Shown here: positions 52,894 to 62,154 of the stretch, piece after piece
Layout: each line of letters starts with the position of its first letter
Position numbering within the stretch: position 1 is the first letter of the stretch
Assembly: GCA_041749955.1 (NCBI GenBank)
Contig: JBGTAI010000146.1
Span: 7,751 to 71,750 of the forward strand
DNA from: Pirellulaceae bacterium
GTDB lineage: Bacteria; Planctomycetota; Planctomycetia; Pirellulales; Pirellulaceae
Direction of reading: 5' to 3'
DNA: 64,000 nucleotides
The notes under the pieces: generated by a model
What the model saw: only the letters and a program-made list of their open reading frames with translations
Database searches by the model: none
What the model was told of the DNA's origin: nothing
Translations under genes and position numbers: made by a program

Positions 52894-55374
52894 TTAAAAC
52901 AACGAGGTTTGTCTCGGAGCGGATGGTAACTTAATCGCGACACGATCGATTGTCAGATGGCTGAGCAGAGTCCCAGCCATAGCGGAACCGCTCAAAAACG
53001 CCCCTTCGACTCGCGGCCCGCCACACCAGTCACCGCAAGCGCCAAGGTTGGTAACTCGATCCCACAAACACTCCTCTTCAAGTGGCTTGGTCGGGATCGC
53101 GTATCGCCACAGGTGCGCACGACAGACATCCACATGCTGGATGACTCGATTGGTGACTTGTGCAAAAACTGCCATCAACGTTTTCGTCACGTCTTCCGGC
53201 GAAGACTCTAAATGTTCGATCGACCAACTCGCTGATGCGTGCAGCATCCAAGTATTCACTCCGCTAGTGCGGCCAGGTTTCGAGCTGTTGCGAGCGATCC
53301 ACGAAAGTTCACAATCGTTAATAAATGCCCCGTCAAACAACGCGTCGTCGGCATCCGAAGTTTGCACCATCACCGCCCAACAGGGTTGCATCTCAACCGT
53401 CGCAATTTTCTGGACAAGATCACTGTGTCCGGCAAGCAAGCGATGAGCTTGCGGGGCAGGGCAGTTCACGATAACGACGTCACTCGTGTGCAGTGTCGCA
53501 CCCTTCGAATCAAGCAATTCCCACTTCGATTGATCCGTTCGCCGTATCGAACGAACTTCTGACTCTCGTGAAATCCGAAGATCATTCGCTAAGTGGCGGG
53601 CAATGTGGTTCATCGATGGCGAGCCCACGTATCGAGCCACGCTGCGTTTCTCACTTTGGACCGTTCCGTCCGGAGCCACTTCAACGATTCGCCCCATCCA
53701 CGGCTTCACAAGATCATCGTGTATCCAACTTTGGACGAACTTAGCGAATCGTGGATCGCGCGCCGTGAAGTACTGTGCTCCATGATCAAACCCCAAATCG
53801 AATTCCATTTCTCGCGTCGCCAATCGACCACCGACACCACGCGACTTTTCAACAACATGAACGTCGATCCCATGATCTTGCAAAGTGCGTGCGGCGATCA
53901 GCCCCGCTAAGCCCGCACCGATGATGGCAACGCTTGGAAGCTCCGCCGCGATGGGACGTTCGACGACACTCTGGTAGCGGCGATGATTGATTCGCCTGGC
54001 GTGCTCATCGATCGGTCGCGGCCGCACGGTACCGAGGACAGGCTGCTCCGGCTCGAATGGTCGATCGAACTGCCCGAGACACCACAGAATGCCGCCGTAA
54101 CTGCTCGGATCGCGACCATCCAAGGCATAACGGTGGTTCAAATCAATGATCATCTGCAGCGCACTTTGTGGCGATTCCGTCCACTGGAGCAAGGCCTTGC
54201 CCCAAGTCATCCGAAGGTTATTGTGCAGCTCGCCGTGACGCAGCAAGCTTCGCTGGCAATCATTCCAAAGGGGTTCACTTGAGTTACCGCGAGCAAGATT
54301 TTCCCAGCTGTAACTTTCGTCGCGAACGTCATTTCGATGTGCTTGGAGCGTCACTCTCGCCCAATCAGGTATCGCATCGAGCGAATCAACATCCCCGTGT
54401 CGATGCAGACAGTAGTGAAACGCTAACTCTCGCCATATCAGCAGCTCATCGAGAAACTTCTCTGCGGCTAGTTCCTTCGCTTCGCGAGCAATTCGAAACG
54501 GGCTGACCATGCCGTAGTGCAAGTACGCACTCATCCGGCTCACGCCATGATGCAACGAAGCGTCGTTCCTTTGTTTGGCGTAGGCCGCAAGTCCGTTCTC
54601 TTTGAAATCCTTCCAACGAGCGTAACCTGACCTCGATCCACCGGGTGTATCAGCGACCGGTCCAATCGAATGATCGATGCGGCATTCGGCAATTAGTTCA
54701 GCCAACGAAACGTCCTGCAAATCGACTGGCTCGAAGGGCAACCGAGATACGGCACCAGTCGTTTTAAACTGCAAACAATCGACCACCTGCTCCGCGTAAT
54801 CACATTCCACTTTGGAAGCATACAAGTGCTTCGTCACCTCGCGAAACTCGAAAGCCCGGGTGTAGCACTTCGGCACGAGACTGGGCGTGACGACGCACGA
54901 TGTGTCGACGCTGAGAATCGGTGTTGTGGTCAGACTGGCGAGTCGCTGGAGCCAACCAACGATCGGCTGAACGGGCATCTCCTCGGTAACAAGGACTGAC
55001 GCCGAACGAACCAAATCTCGCAAATGCGGACCGCGGTGACCATTGCGTTGAAGGTGAAACACGTAAGCAATGCCACGTTGGGACATCTCACGTTGAACAT
55101 CTCGAGCGCCTTGCAACATAAACGCGTGATGTCGATTGGACGCATACGGGTAGTCTTCGCCCAGCGCGTGATAGACCAAAAGCGGCAATTGATTTTGGCG
55201 TGCGAGACAGATCGCCACGTCAAGCGCCGGATTTTCGTGAGCTCGAACCGCATGATGCATCCAATACAGCACGTACGGCCCCGAACCGGTCGAGCGCGAA
55301 CTGGCTACTGCTGCCGACGGCTCGACCGCCACACGAACTCGCGGTTTCAAATGTTCGGGCAGCGAAAAGTCCAA
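52894..55374 (-). CDS. Fusion protein: class II CPD photolyase-like domain plus C-terminal FAD/NAD(P)-dependent oxidoreductase (COG3380/renalase-like) domain
   Basis: The N-part has YVLYWMHHAVRAHENPAL, MSAYLHYGMVSP, LNHRYALDGRDPSSYGGILWCLGQFDRPF. The C-part starts with the Rossmann motif VAIIGAGLAGLIAARTL...VVEKSRGVGGR. It is a single 826-aa ORF. Confidence 0.8.
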   Translation of the reverse strand: MDFSLPEHLKPRVRVAVEPSAAVASSRSTGSGPYVLYWMHHAVRAHENPALDVAICLARQNQLPLLVYHALGEDYPYASNRHHAFMLQGARDVQREMSQRGIAYVFHLQRNGHRGPHLRDLVRSASVLVTEEMPVQPIVGWLQRLASLTTTPILSVDTSCVVTPSLVPKCYTRAFEFREVTKHLYASKVECDYAEQVVDCLQFKTTGAVSRLPFEPVDLQDVSLAELIAECRIDHSIGPVADTPGGSRSGYARWKDFKENGLAAYAKQRNDASLHHGVSRMSAYLHYGMVSPFRIAREAKELAAEKFLDELLIWRELAFHYCLHRHGDVDSLDAIPDWARVTLQAHRNDVRDESYSWENLARGNSSEPLWNDCQRSLLRHGELHNNLRMTWGKALLQWTESPQSALQMIIDLNHRYALDGRDPSSYGGILWCLGQFDRPFEPEQPVLGTVRPRPIDEHARRINHRRYQSVVERPIAAELPSVAIIGAGLAGLIAARTLQDHGIDVHVVEKSRGVGGRLATREMEFDLGFDHGAQYFTARDPRFAKFVQSWIHDDLVKPWMGRIVEVAPDGTVQSEKRSVARYVGSPSMNHIARHLANDLRISRESEVRSIRRTDQSKWELLDSKGATLHTSDVVIVNCPAPQAHRLLAGHSDLVQKIATVEMQPCWAVMVQTSDADDALFDGAFINDCELSWIARNSSKPGRTSGVNTWMLHASASWSIEHLESSPEDVTKTLMAVFAQVTNRVIQHVDVCRAHLWRYAIPTKPLEEECLWDRVTNLGACGDWCGGPRVEGAFLSGSAMAGTLLSHLTIDRVAIKLPSAPRQTSLF
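52897..53934 (-). other. FAD-dependent oxidoreductase domain (aa ~481-826)
   Basis: GxGxxG dinucleotide-binding motif at the domain start. GDWCGGPRVEGAFLSG near the C-terminus is typical of amine-oxidase-fold flavoproteins. Confidence 0.7.
53965..55278 (-). other. Photolyase-like domain (aa ~33-470)
   Basis: Class II photolyase-type motifs as listed for the parent CDS. Confidence 0.7.
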
Positions 55375-55448
55375 GATCCACTCCGTCTAGGAAAACACAA
55401 AAAGCGAAGGTAACGCACCGATAGCATAGCGCACTCGGCAATTGTGAA

Positions 55449-56573
55449 ATGCCCGGCAAGACGTACACATTCAACGAGAACGTGCGAATCGCATGCATGT
55501 TTCACGAGTTTCACCGAACTATTCTCGACAATCTTTCTGAATTCGCTCAAGAAAGTGCTTCCGAACCAGATCAGTCTTTCGGTAAGCGCGGGGGTTGTTT
55601 TATCCTCGCCAGGGCACAACCGCTGGTTGAGTTTCATCCAAGGAAGGACAGTAAGTTGATTCGGTTCGTTTGGCTCGTATTGATGTGCGCCACCAGCATC
55701 GGGATTCCGATGCCTGAGGTCGCTGCGCAGCAAAATCGCGGCACTCTCGAAGGCGAATCGCTCGACATGCTCGGCTTTGGCAACTCTCTCGGCGTGGAAA
55801 CGTCTGGAGGTTCAGCTCCGTCGCTTGTTGAACGCCCCGCTTTCAAACTGCCATCCGATTCGCTGGACTTCATCGCGGGCGGGCCTGAGGAGTGGACTAG
55901 CCCCGAAGGCCTCTCAAGCAGCCTGCAAGTCTTGCTGCTACTGACAGTATTAAGTCTCGCTCCAGCCGTGCTGCTGATGACGACGTGTTATGTTCGCATC
56001 ATCATCGTGCTTGGACTGCTGCGCCAGGCGATCGGTTTGCAATCATTGCCGCCTAGCCAAGTCATGACCAGCATTTCACTGTTCATGACGATGTTCGTGA
56101 TGACACCGGTGTGGACTCGCGTCTATGACAACGCCATCGAGCCCTACACGAATCCTGAAATCGAGATGAGTCTCGAAGAGGCCTACGACGCGGGGTCGCT
56201 TCCCATTCGCGAATTCATGTCGCATCAAATCGACATGGCCGGAAACGTTGATGACGTGTTCCTGTTCTATGACTACATGGATTCCGATGAGCCACTGCCA
56301 ACCACGTACGCTGATGTTCCCATTCGCGTTCTGTTGCCGGCGTTCATTTTGAGCGAACTCAAGACCGCATTCTTGATGGGCTTCCAAATCTACTTGCCAT
56401 TTCTAATTGTCGATCTTGTCGTTGCCAGTGTGACGATCTCGATGGGCATGATGATGTTGCCACCAGCCGTCATCTCACTCCCGTTTAAGCTACTTCTGTT
56501 CGTACTCGTGGACGGTTGGCGATTGGTTGTCGAGATGCTGATGAACAGCTTCGGCACGATGGCTGGTTCCTAG
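55449..56573 (+). CDS. fliP: Flagellar type III export apparatus protein FliP (with a long N-terminal extension)
   Basis: The core is LLLLTVLSLAPAVLLMTTCYVRIIIVLGLLRQAIGLQSLPPSQVMTSISLFMTMFVMTPV ... ELKTAFLMGFQIYLPFLIVDLVVASV. About 110 extra residues precede the core, and the start codon is uncertain. Confidence 0.88.
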   Translation: MPGKTYTFNENVRIACMFHEFHRTILDNLSEFAQESASEPDQSFGKRGGCFILARAQPLVEFHPRKDSKLIRFVWLVLMCATSIGIPMPEVAAQQNRGTLEGESLDMLGFGNSLGVETSGGSAPSLVERPAFKLPSDSLDFIAGGPEEWTSPEGLSSSLQVLLLLTVLSLAPAVLLMTTCYVRIIIVLGLLRQAIGLQSLPPSQVMTSISLFMTMFVMTPVWTRVYDNAIEPYTNPEIEMSLEEAYDAGSLPIREFMSHQIDMAGNVDDVFLFYDYMDSDEPLPTTYADVPIRVLLPAFILSELKTAFLMGFQIYLPFLIVDLVVASVTISMGMMMLPPAVISLPFKLLLFVLVDGWRLVVEMLMNSFGTMAGS

Positions 56574-56625
56574 CTCGCACGCATCCAACGACTCGCTCGA
56601 TAAACCCGTTGCAAGGAAAGTTACT

Positions 56626-56892
56626 TTGATCGACTCAGCAGCAGCTCTTGATCTTTGTCGCACGACGCTAATCGCGGCAGTGATACTCGCTGCGCCGTTG
56701 CTGCTCGCCGGAATGGCTGCCGGATTGATCGTCGGATTGCTGCAAGCGCTCACTCAAGTCCAAGACCAAACCGTTTCGTTCGTGCCCAAGGTCATGGCGA
56801 TGGCGGCGGTTATGGTGGCTTGCTTGCCTTGGTTGATGTCGCGGATGGTTGAATTCACCCGCACCGTGTTCGAGAACGCCGGGTCACCGTAA
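56626..56892 (+). CDS. fliQ: Flagellar export apparatus protein FliQ
   Basis: 88 aa with two TM segments, LIVGLLQALTQVQDQTVSFVPK motif, and a TTG start preceded by AAGGAAAG. Confidence 0.88.
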   Translation: MIDSAAALDLCRTTLIAAVILAAPLLLAGMAAGLIVGLLQALTQVQDQTVSFVPKVMAMAAVMVACLPWLMSRMVEFTRTVFENAGSP

Positions 56893-57671
56893 TGCAACCG
56901 CTTGCCCAGTGGCTGATTGAGAACATCGTTCTCGCGATCCTTGTGCTAACGCGATTGAGCCTGTTGCTCACTGCGATCCCAGCGATCGGAGCGGGCGTGC
57001 CCAAACGCGTGCAGGTTTTCTTGGCGGTTACCATGACAGCCTTACTACTTCCGTCGATCGCCGACACGCACGATCCAGCAACATTACCGCAATTTGACCA
57101 TCTCGCTGAGTTAGCAATCGCTGTCGCTCGCGAAGGCATGATCGGGTTGCTGATCGGATCCACCATCCAGCTCATCATTACCGGTTTGCAACTCGGCGGA
57201 GAAATGATCACGAGTACTGGTGGCATGCAACTTGGTGATGCCATAGACCCTTCGACGCGAGCGAGCATGCCAGCTCTCGCGAAATTCGTGGGATTGCTTG
57301 TCAGCTCAGTCATGCTTGCGGTTGGCGGTCACCGGATTTTGCTCGGAGTTCTGCTTGACAGTTTTACGGCACTTCCACCGGGACAAGTCGTTTTTCACGA
57401 CTCGATGATGGAACTGGTGATTGTCCAATTAACGGCGGGGCTAGCGGCAGGTGTCCGTGTCGCAGCACCAGTCGTCGGTGCGTTATTGCTTAGCAATCTC
57501 ATCACGGGACTCGTCAGTCGCACATTGCCTCAAATCAACGTTCTGGCGATTGGACTGAGCATCAACGCACTTGCACTTCTAGTCGTGTCGGCCTTGACCC
57601 TTGGCTCCGCTGGCCTCGTGTTCCAAGACGAACTCGCTAACGCAGCAACTGCACTAGGTGACTTGTGGTAG
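56892..57671 (+). CDS. fliR: Flagellar export apparatus protein FliR
   Basis: 259-aa polytopic membrane protein. TAATG overlap with fliQ, and the position between fliQ and flhB supports the call. Confidence 0.85.
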   Translation: MQPLAQWLIENIVLAILVLTRLSLLLTAIPAIGAGVPKRVQVFLAVTMTALLLPSIADTHDPATLPQFDHLAELAIAVAREGMIGLLIGSTIQLIITGLQLGGEMITSTGGMQLGDAIDPSTRASMPALAKFVGLLVSSVMLAVGGHRILLGVLLDSFTALPPGQVVFHDSMMELVIVQLTAGLAAGVRVAAPVVGALLLSNLITGLVSRTLPQINVLAIGLSINALALLVVSALTLGSAGLVFQDELANAATALGDLW

Positions 57672-57728
57672 CGAGAAACTTGGTTGACAACGTCGAACCC
57701 GTAAGCAATCTCACCGAGATGAGAAACG

Positions 57729-58805
57729 ATGTCAGATAGTGGTGGTGATAAGAAACATTTCGCCACGGAGCGCCGCCGTGAAAAAGCGCGCCAGCAAGGC
57801 CAGATTGTTCGCAGCCAAGACCTCAGCAGCGCAGCAATGCTGATCGCCGCACTAGGAGTCCTCTACACGTTCGGGGGCAGCGCAGCCGAAACCCTGGCAC
57901 AAACGATGGCCGAGGCCTTGTCGTCCAGCACACTGATGTCGACCGACACGGGTTCCGCATCCAATTATCTCCTCCAAACAACAACGCGACTTGCCGTTGC
58001 CATCGTCCCGATCATGTTGTCGATGATGGCAGCCGGAATCCTGGTCAACGTGACTCAAACCGGCATCATCCTGTCGCCTGAACGGCTGATGCCAAAACTC
58101 AGCAACATCAGTCTGCTGTCGGGCGCGAAACGAATCCTTTCGCTGCAAGGCGTCGCGAGACTGGGGTTTGGACTATTCAAACTGCTGATCATCGGCAGTG
58201 TCGCCTACATGGCACTCATGAAGTATCGCCAGCCGATCCTCAGCATGCCCAGCATGAGCGTGCCCCAGATCGCAAGAGTCTTGTTTGAGTCCTTACTTGG
58301 CACGGGCCTTTGGATTGGAATCGCACTGTTGATTCTTGCGCTACTCGAGTACGGGTTCCAGAAATGGAAACACGAGCAAGACCTGATGATGACCGATCAA
58401 GAAGTTCGCGACGAAATGAAGGAGTCCGAAGGCGACCCACAAATCAAGGCGCGCCGCCGCCAAGCACAGCGAGCGATGATGATGCAGCGAATGGGTACCG
58501 AAGTCCCTAAAGCGGATGTCGTCGTCACCAATCCAACGGAACTTGCAATCGCGATCCAATACGACCCAGTGACCATGCCAGCACCGATTGTGATCGCCAA
58601 GGGTGCTGGAGTGCTGGCCCAGCGAATTCGTCGACTGGCTCTGGAAAACGGGATCCCCGTCGTCGAACGTAAACCGCTGGCCCAGATTCTTTACAAGACA
58701 GTCGACGTCGGCGGCATCATCCCCACCGACCAGTACACCGCCGTGGCGGAAGTACTTCGCTACGTCTACCAGTTACAAGGCAAGAAGATTCCGACCGCAG
58801 CTTAG
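57729..58805 (+). CDS. flhB: Flagellar export switch protein FlhB
   Basis: N-terminal EKARQQGQIVRSQDL, four TM segments, MTDQEVRDEMKESEGDPQIKARRR, and the autocleavage region VVVTNPTELAIAIQY (NPTE in place of the usual NPTH). Confidence 0.9.
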   Translation: MSDSGGDKKHFATERRREKARQQGQIVRSQDLSSAAMLIAALGVLYTFGGSAAETLAQTMAEALSSSTLMSTDTGSASNYLLQTTTRLAVAIVPIMLSMMAAGILVNVTQTGIILSPERLMPKLSNISLLSGAKRILSLQGVARLGFGLFKLLIIGSVAYMALMKYRQPILSMPSMSVPQIARVLFESLLGTGLWIGIALLILALLEYGFQKWKHEQDLMMTDQEVRDEMKESEGDPQIKARRRQAQRAMMMQRMGTEVPKADVVVTNPTELAIAIQYDPVTMPAPIVIAKGAGVLAQRIRRLALENGIPVVERKPLAQILYKTVDVGGIIPTDQYTAVAEVLRYVYQLQGKKIPTAA

Positions 58806-58873
58806 TGTAGAATTCGGGGCCCACGAGAACGACTTGAGATTCTCGTACTCCCTCAAAATTCTGGTTGAGTACA

Positions 58874-60274
58874 ATGCGAAGCTTCTTCACCTCCGCCACG
58901 TTACTGCTGGCCTGTTTGGCAACCGTGTTCGGTCAAAACTGCAATGCAGACGACCGGCCCAACGTACTCTTCATCGCCGTTGACGACCTCAACCACTGGG
59001 TTGGCTACATGGGGCGCAACTCGCAAACCAAGACTCCCAACTTGGATCGTCTTGCATCTCGCGGTGTCGCGTTTCATCAAGGCCACTGTGCCGTGCCCGC
59101 ATGCAATCCGTCTCGCGCCGCACTCATGACCGGACTGCGTGCTTGGAACACCGCCTGTTACACCAACAACGATTTCTGGAAAAACCACATTCCTGAAGGG
59201 CTGGGATTGAGCAAACAGTTTCTCGATGCGGGATACCACGTCGCGGGTTCCGGCAAAATCTATCACAGCGATTCTTACTACGAATCGGAGTGGTCTGAAT
59301 ACATGTCCAAAGACGGCCTATCCGCGACCGGTAAAGGAGTGGACAAGAACGAAGGCTTCCATGATCCCTTGGTCCACGATTTAAAAGACGAAGACATCTC
59401 CGACTACCACACCGTCGATTGGTGTGTGAAGCAGATGAATCAAGCTCGTGACAAGCCACTGTTTCTTGCCTGTGGCTTACACAAGCCACACCTACCGTTC
59501 GCAGTGCCACGCAAGTACTACGAAATGTTTCCGCTCGAAAGCATTGAGTTGCCGCCCTATCAAGAGAACGATCTCGACGATCTCTCTGAGGCTGGAGTGA
59601 AGATGGCGGGCCCGAATGGTGATCATGCCAAATTCCTGAAGTCAGGCCGATGGAAGAACGCAATCCAGTCTTACTTAGCAACGGTTGCGTATCTCGACAT
59701 GAACATCGGCCGCTTGATCGACGGGCTGGACAAAAGCCCGATCGCCAAAGACACCATCATTGTCTTGTGGGGCGACCATGGATGGAGCTTCGGTGAGAAA
59801 CAGCACTGGCGCAAGTTCGCGTTATGGGAAGAAGAAACGCGAGCCCCGATGATTTGGATCGCGCCAGGAGTGACCAAGCCAGGAACACGTTGTGATACGC
59901 CAGTCGATTTCATGACCATCTATCCGACACTTTGCGAATTAGCTGGAATCGAAGTTCCCAAGCATGTGGAAGGCAAAAGCATCACGGGAATTTTGCGTGA
60001 CCCAGCAGCCGCAACCGATGGGATCGCGATCACCACCCACGGCTACCAAAACCACGCCGTCCGCAGCGACCGCTGGCGCTACATCCGCTATGCCGACGGC
60101 ACCGAGGAACTCTACGACCACAACGCCGATCCCTATGAATGGACCAACATTGCGTCCAACCCAGAACACACGTCGGTGCTAGAAACCCATCGGGCACTGT
60201 TACCCACGAACAACAAGAAACCAGCAAAGTCTCCAGCCAAATCGAATAATAAGAAAAAGCAAGACGCGAAATGA
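58874..60274 (+). CDS. Formylglycine-dependent sulfatase
   Basis: Signal peptide MRSFFTSATLLLACLATVFG, PNVLFIAVDDLN, sulfatase signature CNPSRAALMTG (CxPxR), and GDHGW. The track's start at 58865 is a TTG. Confidence 0.88.
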   Translation: MRSFFTSATLLLACLATVFGQNCNADDRPNVLFIAVDDLNHWVGYMGRNSQTKTPNLDRLASRGVAFHQGHCAVPACNPSRAALMTGLRAWNTACYTNNDFWKNHIPEGLGLSKQFLDAGYHVAGSGKIYHSDSYYESEWSEYMSKDGLSATGKGVDKNEGFHDPLVHDLKDEDISDYHTVDWCVKQMNQARDKPLFLACGLHKPHLPFAVPRKYYEMFPLESIELPPYQENDLDDLSEAGVKMAGPNGDHAKFLKSGRWKNAIQSYLATVAYLDMNIGRLIDGLDKSPIAKDTIIVLWGDHGWSFGEKQHWRKFALWEEETRAPMIWIAPGVTKPGTRCDTPVDFMTIYPTLCELAGIEVPKHVEGKSITGILRDPAAATDGIAITTHGYQNHAVRSDRWRYIRYADGTEELYDHNADPYEWTNIASNPEHTSVLETHRALLPTNNKKPAKSPAKSNNKKKQDAK

Positions 60275-60436
60275 CACGGTTCCGACCGTTGACTCCAGCG
60301 GCGGTTTGTGTCTAGGATACGGACATGAAAGCTAATACATCGCTCCTGAGCCTCCTTCTACTTCGACGCCTAACGGGCGGGCGATGAGGGTATGTCAGGA
60401 TCGTGACTAGCGATCAGCTTTAAAAAGACATTCAAA

Positions 60437-60466
60437 CCCGAGTCGCCCAGCGACTCGGGTTTTTTT
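60437..60466 (+). terminator. Rho-independent terminator after the sulfatase gene
   Basis: CCCGAGTCG-cccag-CGACTCGGG followed by TTTTTTT. Confidence 0.8.
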
Positions 60467-60511
60467 GTATCCACTCCTAAATTTGCGTAGTTTTGAAACC
60501 AAGGGTTTGTG

Positions 60512-62092
60512 ATGTCGCAACATGTGACCGATGCCGACGGCCAGAGCAATAACGACTCCGCCGCCAACCAGAGAACGATTCGAATTTTCGACACGACGCT
60601 ACGCGACGGCGAGCAATCACCGGGCGCGAGCATGAATCATGCTGAAAAACTCGAAGTGGCGCAAGCTCTCTGTGACCTCGGCGTGGACATCATCGAAGCT
60701 GGCTTTCCGATTGCCTCGCCAGGCGACTTCGAGTCCGTGCGCCAGATCGCACAAACTGTTCGCGGTGCGACGATTTGCGGCTTGGCCCGGTGCGCCGAAA
60801 AAGACATTGACCGCGCCTGGGAAGCACTCAAACAGGCTGCTCAGCCTCGGATTCACGTCTTCTTGGCGACCAGCGCGATTCACCGCGAGTTCAAGCTTCG
60901 CATGTCCACCGATGAAATCGTCGAACGTGCGATCGCGGGTGTCAAACGCGCAGCCGGGTACTGCGATGACGTGGAGTTCTCCCCCGAGGATGCATGTCGA
61001 ACGGAACACGACTTCCTGTGCCGGGTCGTGGAAGCTGCGATTGATGCAGGTGCGACGACGATCAACATTCCAGACACCGTCGGCTACGCAACACCGAGTG
61101 AAGTCTTTGATCGAATCCGTATGCTTCGGGATCGCGTGCCAAACATCGATCGTGCCGTCATCAGCACACACTGTCATGACGACTTAGGAATGGCGGTAGC
61201 CAACAGCTTAGCTGCGGTGGCCGCAGGGGCTGGCCAGATCGAATGCACGATTAACGGTATCGGCGAACGTGCGGGGAATGCTGCACTCGAAGAAGTCGTG
61301 ATGGCGATGCGAACACGTGCCGACTTTTATCACTGCTCGACAAGAATCGACACGAAGCGATTAGTTCCGATAAGCCGTTTGGTTTGCCAGATCACGGGAC
61401 TCAATGTCCAGCGAAATAAAGCAATCGTTGGACGCAACGCGTTCGCCCACGAATCGGGCATCCACCAAGACGGCATGCTGAAGGAGCGGTCGACGTATGA
61501 GATCATGTCGCCCGAAGATGTGGGTGTAGCCAAGACAGATTTGGTGCTGGGTAAGCACAGCGGACGAGCCGCTTTGGCCGATCGAGCCAAGAGTCTGGGG
61601 TACACGCTCACTGGGGAGCAATTGCAGTCGGTCTTTGACAACTTCAAGACGCTTGCCGACAAGAAAAAAGAGATCTACGACGGTGACATCGTGGCACTTG
61701 TCCAGCAACAAATCAGTGGCAGTGTTGCTCAAGAGTGGACACTGGTTGATTACGAAGTCACGAGCAGCAAGTATCGCACCCCAACGGTACAGCTATCACT
61801 CAAGCACGGTGAAGAGGTGCGTACCGAAAGGGTAGAGCAGGGCGATGGCCCGATCGACGCCGCGTTTTGGGCCGTCGAGAAAATCACGGGCATCGAACTC
61901 GTTTGCAAAGACTTTCATGTTCGAAGCGCCACGTTGGGTCGTGACGCCATCGGCGAAGTGAACTTGGAAGTCGAGCACAAGGGCAAGAGCTATCGCGGGG
62001 TCGGCGTGAGCACCGACAGCGTTGAAAGCACCATTCTAGCGATGCTCAATGCCATCAATCGAATCGTCGCTGAGAAGAACATCCGGGGATAG
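60512..62092 (+). CDS. leuA: 2-isopropylmalate synthase
   Basis: [32 protein letters not shown], and a LeuA dimerisation/regulatory C-terminal domain. ATG at 60512 (the in-frame GTG at 60509 is in the track). Confidence 0.93.
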   Translation: MSQHVTDADGQSNNDSAANQRTIRIFDTTLRDGEQSPGASMNHAEKLEVAQALCDLGVDIIEAGFPIASPGDFESVRQIAQTVRGATICGLARCAEKDIDRAWEALKQAAQPRIHVFLATSAIHREFKLRMSTDEIVERAIAGVKRAAGYCDDVEFSPEDACRTEHDFLCRVVEAAIDAGATTINIPDTVGYATPSEVFDRIRMLRDRVPNIDRAVISTHCHDDLGMAVANSLAAVAAGAGQIECTINGIGERAGNAALEEVVMAMRTRADFYHCSTRIDTKRLVPISRLVCQITGLNVQRNKAIVGRNAFAHESGIHQDGMLKERSTYEIMSPEDVGVAKTDLVLGKHSGRAALADRAKSLGYTLTGEQLQSVFDNFKTLADKKKEIYDGDIVALVQQQISGSVAQEWTLVDYEVTSSKYRTPTVQLSLKHGEEVRTERVEQGDGPIDAAFWAVEKITGIELVCKDFHVRSATLGRDAIGEVNLEVEHKGKSYRGVGVSTDSVESTILAMLNAINRIVAEKNIRG

Positions 62093-62107
62093 GCGTTTGA
62101 GACTCGC

Positions 62108-62142
62108 GTGCGGGCTGTTGGCACTCATCCAACAGCTCGCAC
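62108..62142. terminator. Hairpin between convergent leuA and the acidic-tail gene
   Basis: GTGCGGGCTGTTGG-cactcat-CCAACAGCTCGCAC (14-bp stem, one mismatch). There is no U-tract on either side. Confidence 0.45.
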
Positions 62143-62154
62143 CACCATGAAACT

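Noticed and set aside
55449-58805. The idea that the nearby fliPQR-flhB export gate secretes the leader-bearing giants
   Set aside because: The only link is proximity, with about 5.6 kb and four unrelated genes in between. The genes look like ordinary flagellar orthologues. Type III substrates are not multi-thousand-residue beta-helix proteins.
60370-60633. 87-aa minus-strand ORF
   Set aside because: It spans a clear rho-independent terminator and the leuA start, so it is almost certainly spurious.
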